Source: an uncultured Gammaproteobacteria bacterium (GTDB lineage: Bacteria; Pseudomonadota; Gammaproteobacteria; Steroidobacterales; BM003). Taken from it: 64,000 bases of DNA. The position numbers and the translations under genes are program-made. Below, in pieces: positions 1-9,679 of this stretch (within the stretch, counting starts at the first letter, position 1; the number at the start of each line of letters is the position of its first letter). The stretch covers positions 289,938 through 353,937 of the forward strand of contig CAWAOM010000001.1 in assembly GCA_963783695.1 (NCBI GenBank), read 5' to 3'. Under the pieces are notes generated by a model. The model was not told the DNA's origin and searched no databases. It worked only from the letters and a program-made list of their open reading frames with translations.

Positions 1-1
1 C

Positions 2-526
2 GTTCGCATTATCGGCGCACAGTTACTGCCCGGATTCAGCACAATGCAAAAATGCGCTCGCGGGCAGCGCTGGGTCTGGGACGGCGTCACTTTCGAGGTT
101 TTGCACCCGCCATCATCGATGGTCTTCGATCGAGACAACGACGCTTCCTGTGTCATTCGGATCGAAACCTCGTCTGGGGCGGTGTTGCTGACCGGTGACA
201 TTGAAAGAGCGGCCGAGCGGATTTTGCTCGGTTTCGCGGCCGACCTCGAGTCCGATGTAGTGGTCGCGCCGCACCATGGCAGCAGGACTTCGTCATCGCA
301 GGCGCTGATTGCGGCGACCCGGCCGTCATGGGTGGTTTTTGCCGCTGCCACCGATAACCGCTGGGGTTTCCCGGCTCCGGACGTGGTTGCGCGCTGGCGT
401 CGTGGCGGGGCAACGGCTCTGTACACCGGCAGGGACGGTGCGATCGGTTTCTCCTTTGGCGCCGGCCACGCCTCCCCGCCGCGCAAACAGCGGGAGCTGG
501 AAAGACGAATCTGGCACGAACGGTAA
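2..526 (+). CDS. comEC: ComEC/Rec2 family DNA internalisation protein, C-terminal metallo-beta-lactamase-like domain (5' end lies outside the window)
   Basis: Frame is open from base 2 with no stop before the first ATG at 44. Sequence ...VLLTGDIERAAE...VVVAPHHGSRTSSS...WGFP... matches my memory of the ComEC C-terminus. It sits upstream of exbBD-lpxK-kdsB as in Pseudomonas-type genomes (recalled, not searched). Confidence 0.8.
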   Translation, partial: VRIIGAQLLPGFSTMQKCARGQRWVWDGVTFEVLHPPSSMVFDRDNDASCVIRIETSSGAVLLTGDIERAAERILLGFAADLESDVVVAPHHGSRTSSSQALIAATRPSWVVFAAATDNRWGFPAPDVVARWRRGGATALYTGRDGAIGFSFGAGHASPPRKQRELERRIWHER

Positions 527-601
527 TAGTCGGTTTCGGTGCAGCCGCCGAGTGCAGTATTATCGCGGTGTCCAGGTCATTGAAATCTTCGTTGGTACCC
601 G

Positions 602-1228
602 ATGTTTGAAATCATAAAAGCGGGCGGCTGGTTGATGCTGCCACTGCTTGCCTGCTCAGTAGTAGCAGCGGCAATTATCATTGAGCGGTTGTGGACGCTG
701 CAGCAGAAGCGTGTTCTGCCGCAGAATCTGACCTCCCGGGTGTGGGAGTGGGTGCAGAAAAACCAGCTGAACGACGAGCACTTGCTCACCTTGCGTCGCA
801 GTTCGCCGTTGGGTGAGGTGCTGGCTGCGGGGCTGGTGAACCGTAACCGTGAGCCACACGAAATCCGCGAGAGTATCGAAGACACCGGGCGCCATGTGGT
901 GCACGAAATGGAACGGTTTCTGAATTCGCTGGGGACGATCGCGGCGATATCGCCATTGCTGGGGCTTCTCGGAACCGTTATCGGCATGGTCAAGGTTTTC
1001 GCGGCAATTACCGCTCATGGTGTGGGCAACCCCTCTGTGCTCGCGGGCGGTATTTCCGAGGCGCTGATTACGACTGCCGCGGGGTTGTCTGTCGCCATTC
1101 CGGCGTTGATCGGCTACCGCTATCTGCGCGGTCGGGTCGAATCGCTCGTCGTGCAGATGGAAAAAGAATCGATCAAGCTCGTCGACCAGATCCGCGACGG
1201 CAGGATGAGCGGGGATCCGCAGCCGTGA
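602..1228 (+). CDS. exbB: MotA/TolQ/ExbB family proton-channel protein
   Basis: 208 aa with three hydrophobic segments. Conserved C-terminal region GLLGTVIGM...GISEALITTAAGL is typical of ExbB/TolQ. Its stop overlaps the next gene's start (GTGA). Confidence 0.85.
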   Translation: MFEIIKAGGWLMLPLLACSVVAAAIIIERLWTLQQKRVLPQNLTSRVWEWVQKNQLNDEHLLTLRRSSPLGEVLAAGLVNRNREPHEIRESIEDTGRHVVHEMERFLNSLGTIAAISPLLGLLGTVIGMVKVFAAITAHGVGNPSVLAGGISEALITTAAGLSVAIPALIGYRYLRGRVESLVVQMEKESIKLVDQIRDGRMSGDPQP

Positions 1229-1653
1229 ACCTGCAGGGACGCCCGCGCGAGGAGCCCGAAGTGAACCTGACGTCGCTGATCGACGTGGTTTTGCTGTTGC
1301 TGGTCTTTTTTATGGTGTCGACAAGTTTTGTACGTGAGGCCGACCTGACGGTGAAGCTGCCGCAGGCCTCCACCGAGGCCGAGTTGGTTGTAGAGGAGAC
1401 TGACCGGCTGGTTCTTGTGGTGACAGCCAGTGGTGAATACAGGGTCAACGACCGTGACCTGGTCAATACCCGTGCCGAGACGTTGCGCGAGGCGATACGC
1501 AAGACGGTGGGCGAAGAGCGCAGCCTTCCTGTGGTGCTGCGGGCGGACGGTCGGGCAAGCCACCAGTCGGTCGTGACGGCGATGGATGTGCTGGGGCGGA
1601 TGGGTTTCGACAGAATATCGATTGCCACCGTCAACGAGCAGGATGGCTCCTAG
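1225..1653 (+). CDS. exbD: ExbD/TolR family biopolymer transport protein
   Basis: 142 aa with a single N-terminal TM (NLTSLIDVVLLLLVFFMV) and a periplasmic domain, the usual ExbD architecture. GTG start overlaps the exbB stop. Confidence 0.85.
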   Translation: MNLQGRPREEPEVNLTSLIDVVLLLLVFFMVSTSFVREADLTVKLPQASTEAELVVEETDRLVLVVTASGEYRVNDRDLVNTRAETLREAIRKTVGEERSLPVVLRADGRASHQSVVTAMDVLGRMGFDRISIATVNEQDGS

Positions 1654-3394
1654 GCAAATCCCGGGTTCGTCGGTTTACCTGCGGCTTCTCGCCTACGCGC
1701 GACCCTATCTCGGCGTGTTCGCGCTGGCCGTGCTGGCGATGGCGCTCGAGGCGCTGAGTCAGGCTGCGCTTGCCTATCTGATCCGGCCGATGCTCGATGA
1801 CGGGTTCGTCGGCCGCGACCCGGCCACGCTAAAAGCCCTGCCGCTGGCAATCCTCGTCATCTTCCTGCTGCGCGGTCTGGGCGGATTTGGATCCGCTTAC
1901 GGCCTGGTATGGATTGGCAGACGGGTGGTCAAGGCGCTGCGGCGGGATCTGTTTGATCAGTACTTGTATCTGCCTGCGGCGTTTTATGATCGCAGCAGCG
2001 CCGGACACCTGCTGGCCAAGCTGACCTACAACGTGGAACAGGTCGCAGAGGCCTGCACCCAGGTGATCACGATTATTGTCCGCGATGGCCTGACCGTGCT
2101 GTTCATGGTGGCGCTGATGTTCTCGATCAACTGGCAGCTGACCTGTTTCATGTTGCTGGTCGTGCCGGTGATAGCGGCGCTTGTGACCTTTCTCGGTAAG
2201 GTGTTCCGGCGTTACAGCGGACACATACAAACGAACGTCGGCGAGGTTACACGGGTCGCAGAGGAAGCTATCGCCGGGCAGCGGGTGGTAAAAATTTTCA
2301 ATGGCCAGGATACCGAGACCCGGGTTTTCGAAAGTGTGAACGAACGCAATCGCCGCCTTCACATGAAGCTCGCCCGCGTTCAGGCTGGCAGCGTGCCGGT
2401 TTCGCAAATGGTGATGGCAGTGGGGATGGCAGGAATCGTCTACGTCGCCACGCTGGAAACGCTGCAGGTCAGTGTGGGAGAGTTCGGATCATTTCTGAGC
2501 GCCGTTTTGTTGATGATGGCACCGGTGAAGCGTCTTACGACTGTCAACGTCAATCTGCAACGCGGAATCGCGGGCGCCGAGAGCATTTTCACCGTACTCG
2601 ACGACGCGCGCGAACCGGACGCTGGCAGGCACCGGCTGGAACGGGCACGTGGCGATATCGAGTTCCGCAACCTGGTGTTTGGATACAGCGCAGAGAAGGG
2701 TAATGTTCTGCGCTGCGTCAATCTCCGGGTCGATGCCGGCGAGACGATCGCGATAGTTGGCGCATCCGGCAGTGGCAAGACGACCCTGGTCAGTATGCTG
2801 GCGCGATTTTATGAGCCGCAACAGGGCGCGGTGCTACTCGACGGTGTCGATGTGCGTGACTATAGGCTGGCGGACCTGCGCCGACAGGTGAGTCTTGTCA
2901 GCCAGGATGTCGTTTTGTTCAACACGACTATTGCCGCCAACATTGCTTATGCCGAAAGCGGCGATGTCGGGCCGCGGGAGATCGCTGCCGCGGCTGCCAA
3001 CGCCAATCTCGATGAGTTTATCGCGACTCTGCCCGCTGGCCTGGATACGCAGATCGGTGACCGTGGAGTTTTGCTCTCCGGTGGCCAGCGTCAGAGGGTC
3101 GCTATAGCGAGGGCATTGTTAAAGGATGCGCCGGTGCTGATACTCGACGAGGCGACGTCGGCGCTGGATAGCCACACCGAGGCGTTGATCCAGGATGCGC
3201 TCGACCGCCTCTTGCGCAATCGCACGACGCTGGTGGTTGCCCATCGTCTGTCGACCGTTGAACGTGCCGATCGCATTGTCGTGCTCGAGCAGGGCAGAGT
3301 GATCGAAACGGGCACGCATCGGGAGCTGCTGGCCAAAGCGGGCCGCTACGCCCAGCTCTATCATTTGCAGTTTCGCGACCATCCGCATTCATGA
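1643..3394 (+). CDS. msbA: Lipid A export ABC transporter permease/ATPase MsbA
   Basis: Six-TM N-terminal domain, then Walker A GASGSGKTT, ABC signature LSGGQRQR and Walker B ILILDEATSALD. Followed by lpxK as in E. coli. I chose the ATG at 1643 (MAPRQIP..., 11-nt overlap with exbD); the ORF-track start at 1586 is probably too early. Confidence 0.9.
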   Translation: MAPRQIPGSSVYLRLLAYARPYLGVFALAVLAMALEALSQAALAYLIRPMLDDGFVGRDPATLKALPLAILVIFLLRGLGGFGSAYGLVWIGRRVVKALRRDLFDQYLYLPAAFYDRSSAGHLLAKLTYNVEQVAEACTQVITIIVRDGLTVLFMVALMFSINWQLTCFMLLVVPVIAALVTFLGKVFRRYSGHIQTNVGEVTRVAEEAIAGQRVVKIFNGQDTETRVFESVNERNRRLHMKLARVQAGSVPVSQMVMAVGMAGIVYVATLETLQVSVGEFGSFLSAVLLMMAPVKRLTTVNVNLQRGIAGAESIFTVLDDAREPDAGRHRLERARGDIEFRNLVFGYSAEKGNVLRCVNLRVDAGETIAIVGASGSGKTTLVSMLARFYEPQQGAVLLDGVDVRDYRLADLRRQVSLVSQDVVLFNTTIAANIAYAESGDVGPREIAAAAANANLDEFIATLPAGLDTQIGDRGVLLSGGQRQRVAIARALLKDAPVLILDEATSALDSHTEALIQDALDRLLRNRTTLVVAHRLSTVERADRIVVLEQGRVIETGTHRELLAKAGRYAQLYHLQFRDHPHS

Positions 3395-4437
3395 CGGCCT
3401 CGGGAGCGGCACGGATGTCGAGGCGGCAGCGCCTGCGCGCGAGGCTCGAGGCGGCTTTGAGTGGTCTCTGGTACGGTTCGGCGCCGCCGCCGCTCTGGGC
3501 CAGACTCGGGGAGCGGCTGTATGCGCGGCTCGCTGCCGCGCGCCGCTTGCGACTCACGAAGGTGGCAGACGCAAGCGTTCGGGTATCGGTGCCGGTGATC
3601 ATTGTCGGCAACCTGACGGCCGGTGGCACTGGTAAGACCCCGCTGGTCGTTTGGCTCTGCGATTGGTTGCAGGCGCACGGCTGGCGCCCCGGCATCCTTA
3701 GCGGCGGGTATCGCGGAAAATCCAGGCAATGGCCACGGCAGGTCGGGCCGGACAGCGATCCTGTCGAGGTTGGGGACGAGGCGGTACTGCTGGCCCGTCG
3801 CAGTGGCGTGCCGGTAATGTCCGACCGACGCAGGGCGCGCGCGGCGGTCGAACTCGAGCGCGCTGGCGTTGACGTGATCGTTAGTGATGACGGGCTGCAG
3901 CACTACCGGCTGGCGCGTGACGTCGAGTTCGTGGTGATCGATGGCGAGCGCGGATTTGGCAACGGCCACTGCCTGCCTGCGGGACCGCTGCGCGAGCCTC
4001 CGGAGCGGCTTGTGGAAGCCGACTTCGTCATTGTCAATGGCAAAAGCAGACTCACCCTTCCGCGCGGCATGCCTATGCGTGTCGTAGCGGTCGACCTGTG
4101 CAACGTGGCACGGCCGCAATGCCGCAAGTCGCTCGATGCGTTGTCAGGCTGGCGTGCGCACGCGGTTGCCGGGATCGGAAATCCGCAACGTTTCTTCGAT
4201 ACGCTGACGGAGCTTGGTGTCGATTACATCCCGCACGTTCTGCCTGATCATGCCGACCTCCAGCGGGCGAGCCTCGATTTTGGCGACGACCTTGCAGTGA
4301 TCATGACCGAGAAAGATGCCGTAAAATGCGAGTCCTGGGCCGAGCCGAATTTCTGGTTCGTCAGGGTGGCCACCAGGTTCGAGCCGCGTATTGTGGACAA
4401 CCTCACCGCGCAGTTGTCGGTGCTTTTGCAAAACTAA
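3391..4437 (+). CDS. lpxK: Tetraacyldisaccharide 4'-kinase LpxK
   Basis: P-loop VGNLTAGGTGKTP, about 348 aa, ATGA overlap with msbA, canonical msbA-lpxK pairing. Confidence 0.9.
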   Translation: MTASGAARMSRRQRLRARLEAALSGLWYGSAPPPLWARLGERLYARLAAARRLRLTKVADASVRVSVPVIIVGNLTAGGTGKTPLVVWLCDWLQAHGWRPGILSGGYRGKSRQWPRQVGPDSDPVEVGDEAVLLARRSGVPVMSDRRRARAAVELERAGVDVIVSDDGLQHYRLARDVEFVVIDGERGFGNGHCLPAGPLREPPERLVEADFVIVNGKSRLTLPRGMPMRVVAVDLCNVARPQCRKSLDALSGWRAHAVAGIGNPQRFFDTLTELGVDYIPHVLPDHADLQRASLDFGDDLAVIMTEKDAVKCESWAEPNFWFVRVATRFEPRIVDNLTAQLSVLLQN

Positions 4438-4458
4438 CGATGGAAACGAGGCTTTTAG

Positions 4459-4641
4459 ATGGATACCAGGTTACTCGATATTCTGGCTTGCCCGCTGTGC
4501 AAGGGTCCGCTCGATTACGACAAGGCAGCTGCGGAGTTGATTTGCAAGCATGATCGGCTGGCGTTTCCGGTGCGCGACGGGATTCCCGTCATGCTAGAGG
4601 ATGAAGCGCGCAAATTGGCCACGGCCGATAACAGCGAATGA
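4459..4641 (+). CDS. ycaR: Trm112/YcaR family small zinc-ribbon-like protein (UPF0434)
   Basis: 60 aa, [13 protein letters not shown]...[10 protein letters not shown]. Conserved position between lpxK and kdsB. Confidence 0.85.
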   Translation: MDTRLLDILACPLCKGPLDYDKAAAELICKHDRLAFPVRDGIPVMLEDEARKLATADNSE

Positions 4642-5432
4642 AAGTTCATGTCGTGATTCCCGCGCGCTACGCTTCGTCGCGGTTGCCTGGGAAGCCGCTG
4701 AAGATGATCGCGGGCAGACCGATGATCCAGCATGTATGCGAGAGGGCGCACGCGAGCGATGCGGACACAGTCGTGGTAGCTACCGACGATGCACGAATAG
4801 AGGCAGCATGCCGCGACTTCGGCGCAACGGTCATGATGACCGATAGTGCGCATGTCTCGGGCACAGACCGGATTGCCGAAGTTGCCGGGCGATCGGGATG
4901 GGACGGACAGGATGTCGTCGTCAACGTACAGGGGGATGAGCCGCTCATTCCGCCGTCAGCAATAGCCCAGGTGGGCGGGCTCCTGGTTAACGAGCCGCGC
5001 GCGCAGATGGCAACGTTGGGCACGCCCATCCGCGACCTTGCCGATTTCCTCAATCCGAATGTTGTAAAAGCCGTTATGGCCGAGTCGGGCAGAGCGCTTT
5101 ATTTTTCGCGTGCCCCGATCCCGTGGAATCGGGAGGGCGCGGCCGCCGGGATTGCCAGCCAGACCAGTTTTGTAGGTGCACTGCGCCATATAGGATTGTA
5201 TGCGTACCGGGTAGCTGCGTTGCAGACACTGGCGCGCACTGCGCCGTGCCTGTTGGAGCAGTACGAGCAACTCGAGCAACTTCGCGCCCTGTGGTGCGGG
5301 ATGTGGATTCAAATGGACGTCGCGACCGAGACGCCCCCGGTCGGAGTAGACACGGATGACGATTTGCAGCGTGTCCGGGTGTTGCTCGAGGGGGAATCGC
5401 GATCGCAGCAGACGGGTGAGGTTGAAGAATGA
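4638..5432 (+). CDS. kdsB: 3-deoxy-manno-octulosonate cytidylyltransferase (CMP-Kdo synthetase) KdsB
   Basis: N-terminus [29 protein letters not shown] motif, ATGA overlap with ycaR. Confidence 0.92.
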   Translation: MKVHVVIPARYASSRLPGKPLKMIAGRPMIQHVCERAHASDADTVVVATDDARIEAACRDFGATVMMTDSAHVSGTDRIAEVAGRSGWDGQDVVVNVQGDEPLIPPSAIAQVGGLLVNEPRAQMATLGTPIRDLADFLNPNVVKAVMAESGRALYFSRAPIPWNREGAAAGIASQTSFVGALRHIGLYAYRVAALQTLARTAPCLLEQYEQLEQLRALWCGMWIQMDVATETPPVGVDTDDDLQRVRVLLEGESRSQQTGEVEE

Positions 5433-5905
5433 AAGTACTTTTTGTATGCATGGGCAATATCTGTCGCTCGCCGACCGCAGAAGGCGTATTCGCCAAGTTG
5501 CTGGCGGAAATCGCACCGGATCTCGATGTCGAGATTGACTCCGCTGGTACCCATGCCTACCACGTTGGGCACGAACCGGACCGGCGCGCGCAGGCGGCCG
5601 CATTGCAGCGCGGTATCGATCTGAGTGGTTTGCGCGCGCGCAAGGTGGCATCGCGCGATTTTGAGTATTTCAGCCATATCCTCGCGATGGACGAGGACAA
5701 CCTGCGATTACTCCAGGAATGGTGTCCGCCCGAATTTCGTGACCGGGTACGTCTGTTTCTCGAATATTCGCGGACCGCCGAAGTACGAAACGTGCCGGAT
5801 CCGTATTACGGCAGTTCCAACGGATTCGAATACGTGCTGGATCTTGTAGAGGAAGCCAGTCGCGGCCTGATCGAAGAGCTTGGACGGCAGACTCACAGCG
5901 AGTGA
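5429..5905 (+). CDS. ptp: Low-molecular-weight protein-tyrosine phosphatase
   Basis: CX5R(S/T) P-loop VCMGNICRSP near the N-terminus and a DPYY motif. 158 aa. ATGA overlap with kdsB. Confidence 0.9.
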   Translation: MKVLFVCMGNICRSPTAEGVFAKLLAEIAPDLDVEIDSAGTHAYHVGHEPDRRAQAAALQRGIDLSGLRARKVASRDFEYFSHILAMDEDNLRLLQEWCPPEFRDRVRLFLEYSRTAEVRNVPDPYYGSSNGFEYVLDLVEEASRGLIEELGRQTHSE

Positions 5906-5924
5906 GCCTGCCGTCCTCATTGAT

Positions 5925-8900
5925 CTAGGATTTGCTGCCCGTTTCGCGGGCTACCGCGTCCTTGTCTTTCGCCTGAGCCTCGGTTGAGGGAATCGGCAGC
6001 GGCTTCTGTTCTTGCAGGGCAGGACTGTTGCGCCTTTCGCCAGAGGCCTTCTGCGCCGGTTCAGGCGCGGGTTTGGCCGATTCGGTGGCATTCTCCTTTG
6101 CCTTGGTCGTAGCCGGCGCTTGCGGCGATGCCGCAGTCTCGGGCAATGCCTCGGTCTTGGGCGATCCCTCAGTCTTGGGAGATGCCCCGGTCTTGGGAGA
6201 TGCCCCGGTCTTGGGAGATGCCCCGGTCTTGGGAGATGCCCCGGTCTTGGGAGATGCCCCGGTCTTGGGAGATGCCCCGGTCTTGGGAGATGCCCCGGTC
6301 TTGGGAGATGCCTCGGTCTTGGGAGATGCCTCGGTCTTGGGAGATGCCCCGGTCTTGGGAGATGCCCCGGTCTTGGGAGATGCCCCGGTCTTGGGAGATG
6401 CCTCAGTCTTGGGAGATGCCTCAGTCTTGGGAGATGCCTCAGTCTTGGGCGATGCCCGGGTGGACGATTTTTGCACAGGAGCGGTATTTGCCGGAGGCAC
6501 CGGTGCGGCCGCAGTCTCTCCGCTGGGCGTCCGCACGCGCGTTTCGACGCGCGTGGCAACGGGCTCTGCCACGGTTTTCGAAGCCGCCGTCGGGCGTGCC
6601 GGCTGGTTTTCCCGCGACGGTTGAACCGGCCCAGGTTTCGCAGCGGTTTTGGCGCCGTCACCTCGCTCGGCGGGTGCCGGATCCTCTGGCTTCGGCATCG
6701 GCGCGGGTTGCATCGAAGCGGCAGACGAATGTGCCGGTGCCGTTTGTACGGGACCGCTGTTGTTTTCCGCAGGCGCCGTTTGTTTTGCCTCTGCCGGTGT
6801 TTGCCTTGCGTCGTCGCTGCGGGAGGTTTCCTTTGCGGATGCCTGGATTGCTGGCTTTGCTGCTGGCTTTGCGCTTTCCGGCGCGGTGTCGGGGCGAGAA
6901 GCGGGTTGTGGTTTGGCCTGCGCGTTGACGGCGTCGTTGTCGGACTTGGAGCGGTCAGCTGTCTGCGCCGAAACCGACTTGTCGCTCGTTTTTGGGGCCG
7001 TGGTTTTTTCGCCTACATTGCCGGTACCCGTTGCAGCTGGGATGGCAGCGCTGTCCGTGGCGGTCGCTGTTGTGGCCTGATCGGCGGGTTTGCGTCTTCC
7101 GCCACGTGAGCGGCGCGATCGGCGCGGTCCGCTGCGACGCTCCGTTTGCGCAGATGAGTCGTTGGCCGCTTCCGGGGTCTTTTTTTGCCCGTTGCTCTGT
7201 GCGCTTTTGTCCGGCTGCCCCTGCGCAACAGCGTTGTCGGCGCGCTGCTTGCTGCCGCCACGTTTGCCACGGCGGCTGCGGCGGGCCCGCGTCGGCTTCG
7301 ACTCGCCGCTGCCATTTTCCTTTTGTTCCTCACCTGCAGGCCGGTTGGCTGTCTGCCTCACGTCCTTTTTGTTCTCGCTGCCAGTGCCGGCTTTTCGCGC
7401 CGGTTTCTTGCGCCGCGAATCCGAACGAGTGGTTCGTTGGTTCTTGCCGCGACCCGAGGGCCGGGTTGTGTTTTGCTCGCTGCCCTTGTGCCTTCCGCGC
7501 GTGGCTGGTTTATTTTTTTCCTGTTCCGCTTTTTGCCCACCGGAGCCGGTCAATGATTGCCATATCTTGCGCAACCACGCACCAAATCCGCCGCTCTCCG
7601 CTGGAGTCTCCGCTTTGGGCGATGGCGATGGCGGTGGCGGCGCCGGTGTCGGTGCCGGGCGGTCCGGAACCAGACTGGCGACCGCCGGTTTTTCGGCGAC
7701 GGGTTTCGCTGCAGGCAGACCTGAAGCGTCTTCGTTTTCCTCGCTTTCGCTGGGAAGCTGGTAACTGACTGCGGTGAACTCCGGCAGCTCCGCCTCGTCG
7801 TCACGGACCCGGCGAATCGAATAATTCGGGGTTTCGAGCTGGGGATTTGCGACCAGGCGAAGACTGACGCTGCTGGCAACCTCGATGTTGTTTACCCACT
7901 CACGTTTTTCATTGAGCAGATAGGTTGCTACCTCAACCGGGAGCTGTGCGACGACCATCGCGGTGCGCTCCTTGCGGGCCTCCTCGCCGAGCAGGCGCAA
8001 TACGGCGAGAGATAATGACTCGACGTCGCGGATTACACCAAAGCCGCTGCAGCGCGGACACACGATGTGACTGGATTCACCGAGAGACGGGCGCAGCCGC
8101 TGGCGGGACATTTCGAGAAGCCCAAAGCGGGAGATGCGTCCAATCTGTACCCGTGCACGGTCCATGCGCACCGACTCTCGCAGGCGGTTTTCAACCTCGC
8201 GCTGATTCCGTTGCGGGCCCATGTCGATAAAGTCGATGACAATGAGTCCACCGATATCGCGAATGCGCAATTGCCGGGCAATTTCTTCGGCTGCCTCGAG
8301 ATTCGTGTTGAACGCAGTCGCTTCGATATCGTCGCCTTTCGTTGCGCGTGCGGAGTTGATGTCGATTGAGACCAGCGCTTCGGTGTGATCGATTACGATG
8401 CTGCCGCCGGAAGGCAGGCTGACGCTGTGACTGAAGGCCGACTGAATCTGGCTCTCGATCTGGTAGCGGGTAAAGAGAGGGACCTCTTCCGCGTAGCGTT
8501 TGATCTTGCGTTCGTTATGCGGCATTACCCGCTCAACGAATTCCCGTGCCTGGTTGTACACCGACTCGTCGTCGATGAGGATTTCGCCGACATCGGCGCT
8601 CAGGTAGTCGCGCAGGGCCCGTATGATCGCGTTGCTTTCCTGGTAGATCAGTGAGGGTGACGGACCCTGAACCGCGGCGACTTTAACGGCTTCCCAGACT
8701 TTGAGCAGATAATCCAGATCCCACTGCAGCTCTTCCGGGCTCCGACCGACGCCGGCAGTGCGCACTATGACTCCCATGCCATCGGGGAGTTCGAGTGCCG
8801 CGAGGGAATCGCGCACGAGGTCCCGGTCAGGCCCGGTGATGCGTCGGGACACGCCACCAGCGCGCGGATTGTTCGGCATCAGCACCAGGAATCGTCCCGC

Positions 8901-9266
8901 GAGACTGATAAAAGTCGTCAGCGCAGCGCCCTTGGTGCCGCGTTCTTCCTTTTCGACCTGGATGACGATGTCCTGACCTTCTTTCAGTACATCGCGAATA
9001 TTGACTTTGCCACCGGACCCGGGGCGATTTACGAAATATTCCGGCGAAATTTCCTTGAGCGGCAGGAAACCGTGGCGTTCTGATCCGAATTCGACAAAAG
9101 CAGCCTCGAGGCTGGGTTCCAGCCGGGTTATCTTGCCCTTGTAAATATTGGCCTTTTTCTGCTCTCGGCCTGGCGCTTCGATATCCAGATCATAGAGTTT
9201 CTGACCATCGACGATTGCAACCCGCAGTTCTTCCTGCTGGGTTGCGTTTACCAACATTCTCTTCAT
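5925..9266 (-). CDS. rne: Ribonuclease E
   Basis: N-terminal [22 protein letters not shown]1 domain, catalytic core, Zn-link CPRCSGFG. Then a long low-complexity Arg/Pro/Lys-rich C-terminal half with Arg-rich segments ([13 protein letters not shown]). Divergent from rluC as in E. coli. Confidence 0.95.
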   Translation of the reverse strand: MKRMLVNATQQEELRVAIVDGQKLYDLDIEAPGREQKKANIYKGKITRLEPSLEAAFVEFGSERHGFLPLKEISPEYFVNRPGSGGKVNIRDVLKEGQDIVIQVEKEERGTKGAALTTFISLAGRFLVLMPNNPRAGGVSRRITGPDRDLVRDSLAALELPDGMGVIVRTAGVGRSPEELQWDLDYLLKVWEAVKVAAVQGPSPSLIYQESNAIIRALRDYLSADVGEILIDDESVYNQAREFVERVMPHNERKIKRYAEEVPLFTRYQIESQIQSAFSHSVSLPSGGSIVIDHTEALVSIDINSARATKGDDIEATAFNTNLEAAEEIARQLRIRDIGGLIVIDFIDMGPQRNQREVENRLRESVRMDRARVQIGRISRFGLLEMSRQRLRPSLGESSHIVCPRCSGFGVIRDVESLSLAVLRLLGEEARKERTAMVVAQLPVEVATYLLNEKREWVNNIEVASSVSLRLVANPQLETPNYSIRRVRDDEAELPEFTAVSYQLPSESEENEDASGLPAAKPVAEKPAVASLVPDRPAPTPAPPPPSPSPKAETPAESGGFGAWLRKIWQSLTGSGGQKAEQEKNKPATRGRHKGSEQNTTRPSGRGKNQRTTRSDSRRKKPARKAGTGSENKKDVRQTANRPAGEEQKENGSGESKPTRARRSRRGKRGGSKQRADNAVAQGQPDKSAQSNGQKKTPEAANDSSAQTERRSGPRRSRRSRGGRRKPADQATTATATDSAAIPAATGTGNVGEKTTAPKTSDKSVSAQTADRSKSDNDAVNAQAKPQPASRPDTAPESAKPAAKPAIQASAKETSRSDDARQTPAEAKQTAPAENNSGPVQTAPAHSSAASMQPAPMPKPEDPAPAERGDGAKTAAKPGPVQPSRENQPARPTAASKTVAEPVATRVETRVRTPSGETAAAPVPPANTAPVQKSSTRASPKTEASPKTEASPKTEASPKTGASPKTGASPKTGASPKTEASPKTEASPKTGASPKTGASPKTGASPKTGASPKTGASPKTGASPKTGASPKTEGSPKTEALPETAASPQAPATTKAKENATESAKPAPEPAQKASGERRNSPALQEQKPLPIPSTEAQAKDKDAVARETGSKS
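6127..6450. repeat. 18 tandem copies of an 18-bp unit (gatgccYcRgtcttggga) inside rne, encoding (A/G)SPKT(E/G) hexapeptide repeats
   Basis: Counted directly. Seven consecutive identical copies at 6181-6306. Variant copies differ by one or two bases, and the outermost copies are the most diverged. Confidence 0.95.
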
Positions 9267-9679
9267 CGGCCCCTTCTCGCATGGCGATGCGCGGGGCTAC
9301 ATACCTTGGTGCCGAACCGGACCCGAGTGCATCCCGGAACCACGAAAATGTGTCCGGACACGGGTCATAAGCAGGTACCGGATGCACAAATGCATCTGGT
9401 ACCGCTGACAGATTGCCAACGAAATCACGTGGCATGCCGTTCGCCTCAACAGGGCGTTGGCGCTGTTCCACATGCGCTTTTGGCGCTTGCGGTTTCCAAG
9501 ACTGCAGCCAACCGCAGCCCGAAATTCGGGCTGGTGACAAACATTGCGGTCCCGCCCTGCAAAGGGGGAACCGCCCCAAAAATTTGCTGGCGACGTCGGT
9601 CGGCAGTTTGTTGAATTCTCGCGTTGCGCCCGACGCCGCTGCGGTACTATAGCAACAGCCGCGTGAGCCAGCAACGAAA
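9267..9679 (-). promoter_or_regulatory. Long rne leader / divergent rne-rluC control region
   Basis: 413 bp without a convincing ORF between the rne start and the rluC start. E. coli rne has a long autoregulatory 5' UTR. No element boundaries can be resolved by eye. Confidence 0.4.

Noticed and set aside
5951-7768. Long ORFs (200-365 aa) in alternative frames of both strands over the rne C-terminal region (RCPGLG/MPRSWE/RHLPRP repeat peptides)
   Set aside because: They are frame-shifted or antisense readings of the 18-bp repeat and of GC-rich low-complexity coding sequence. The rne frame has the conserved N-terminal catalytic domain in continuity.
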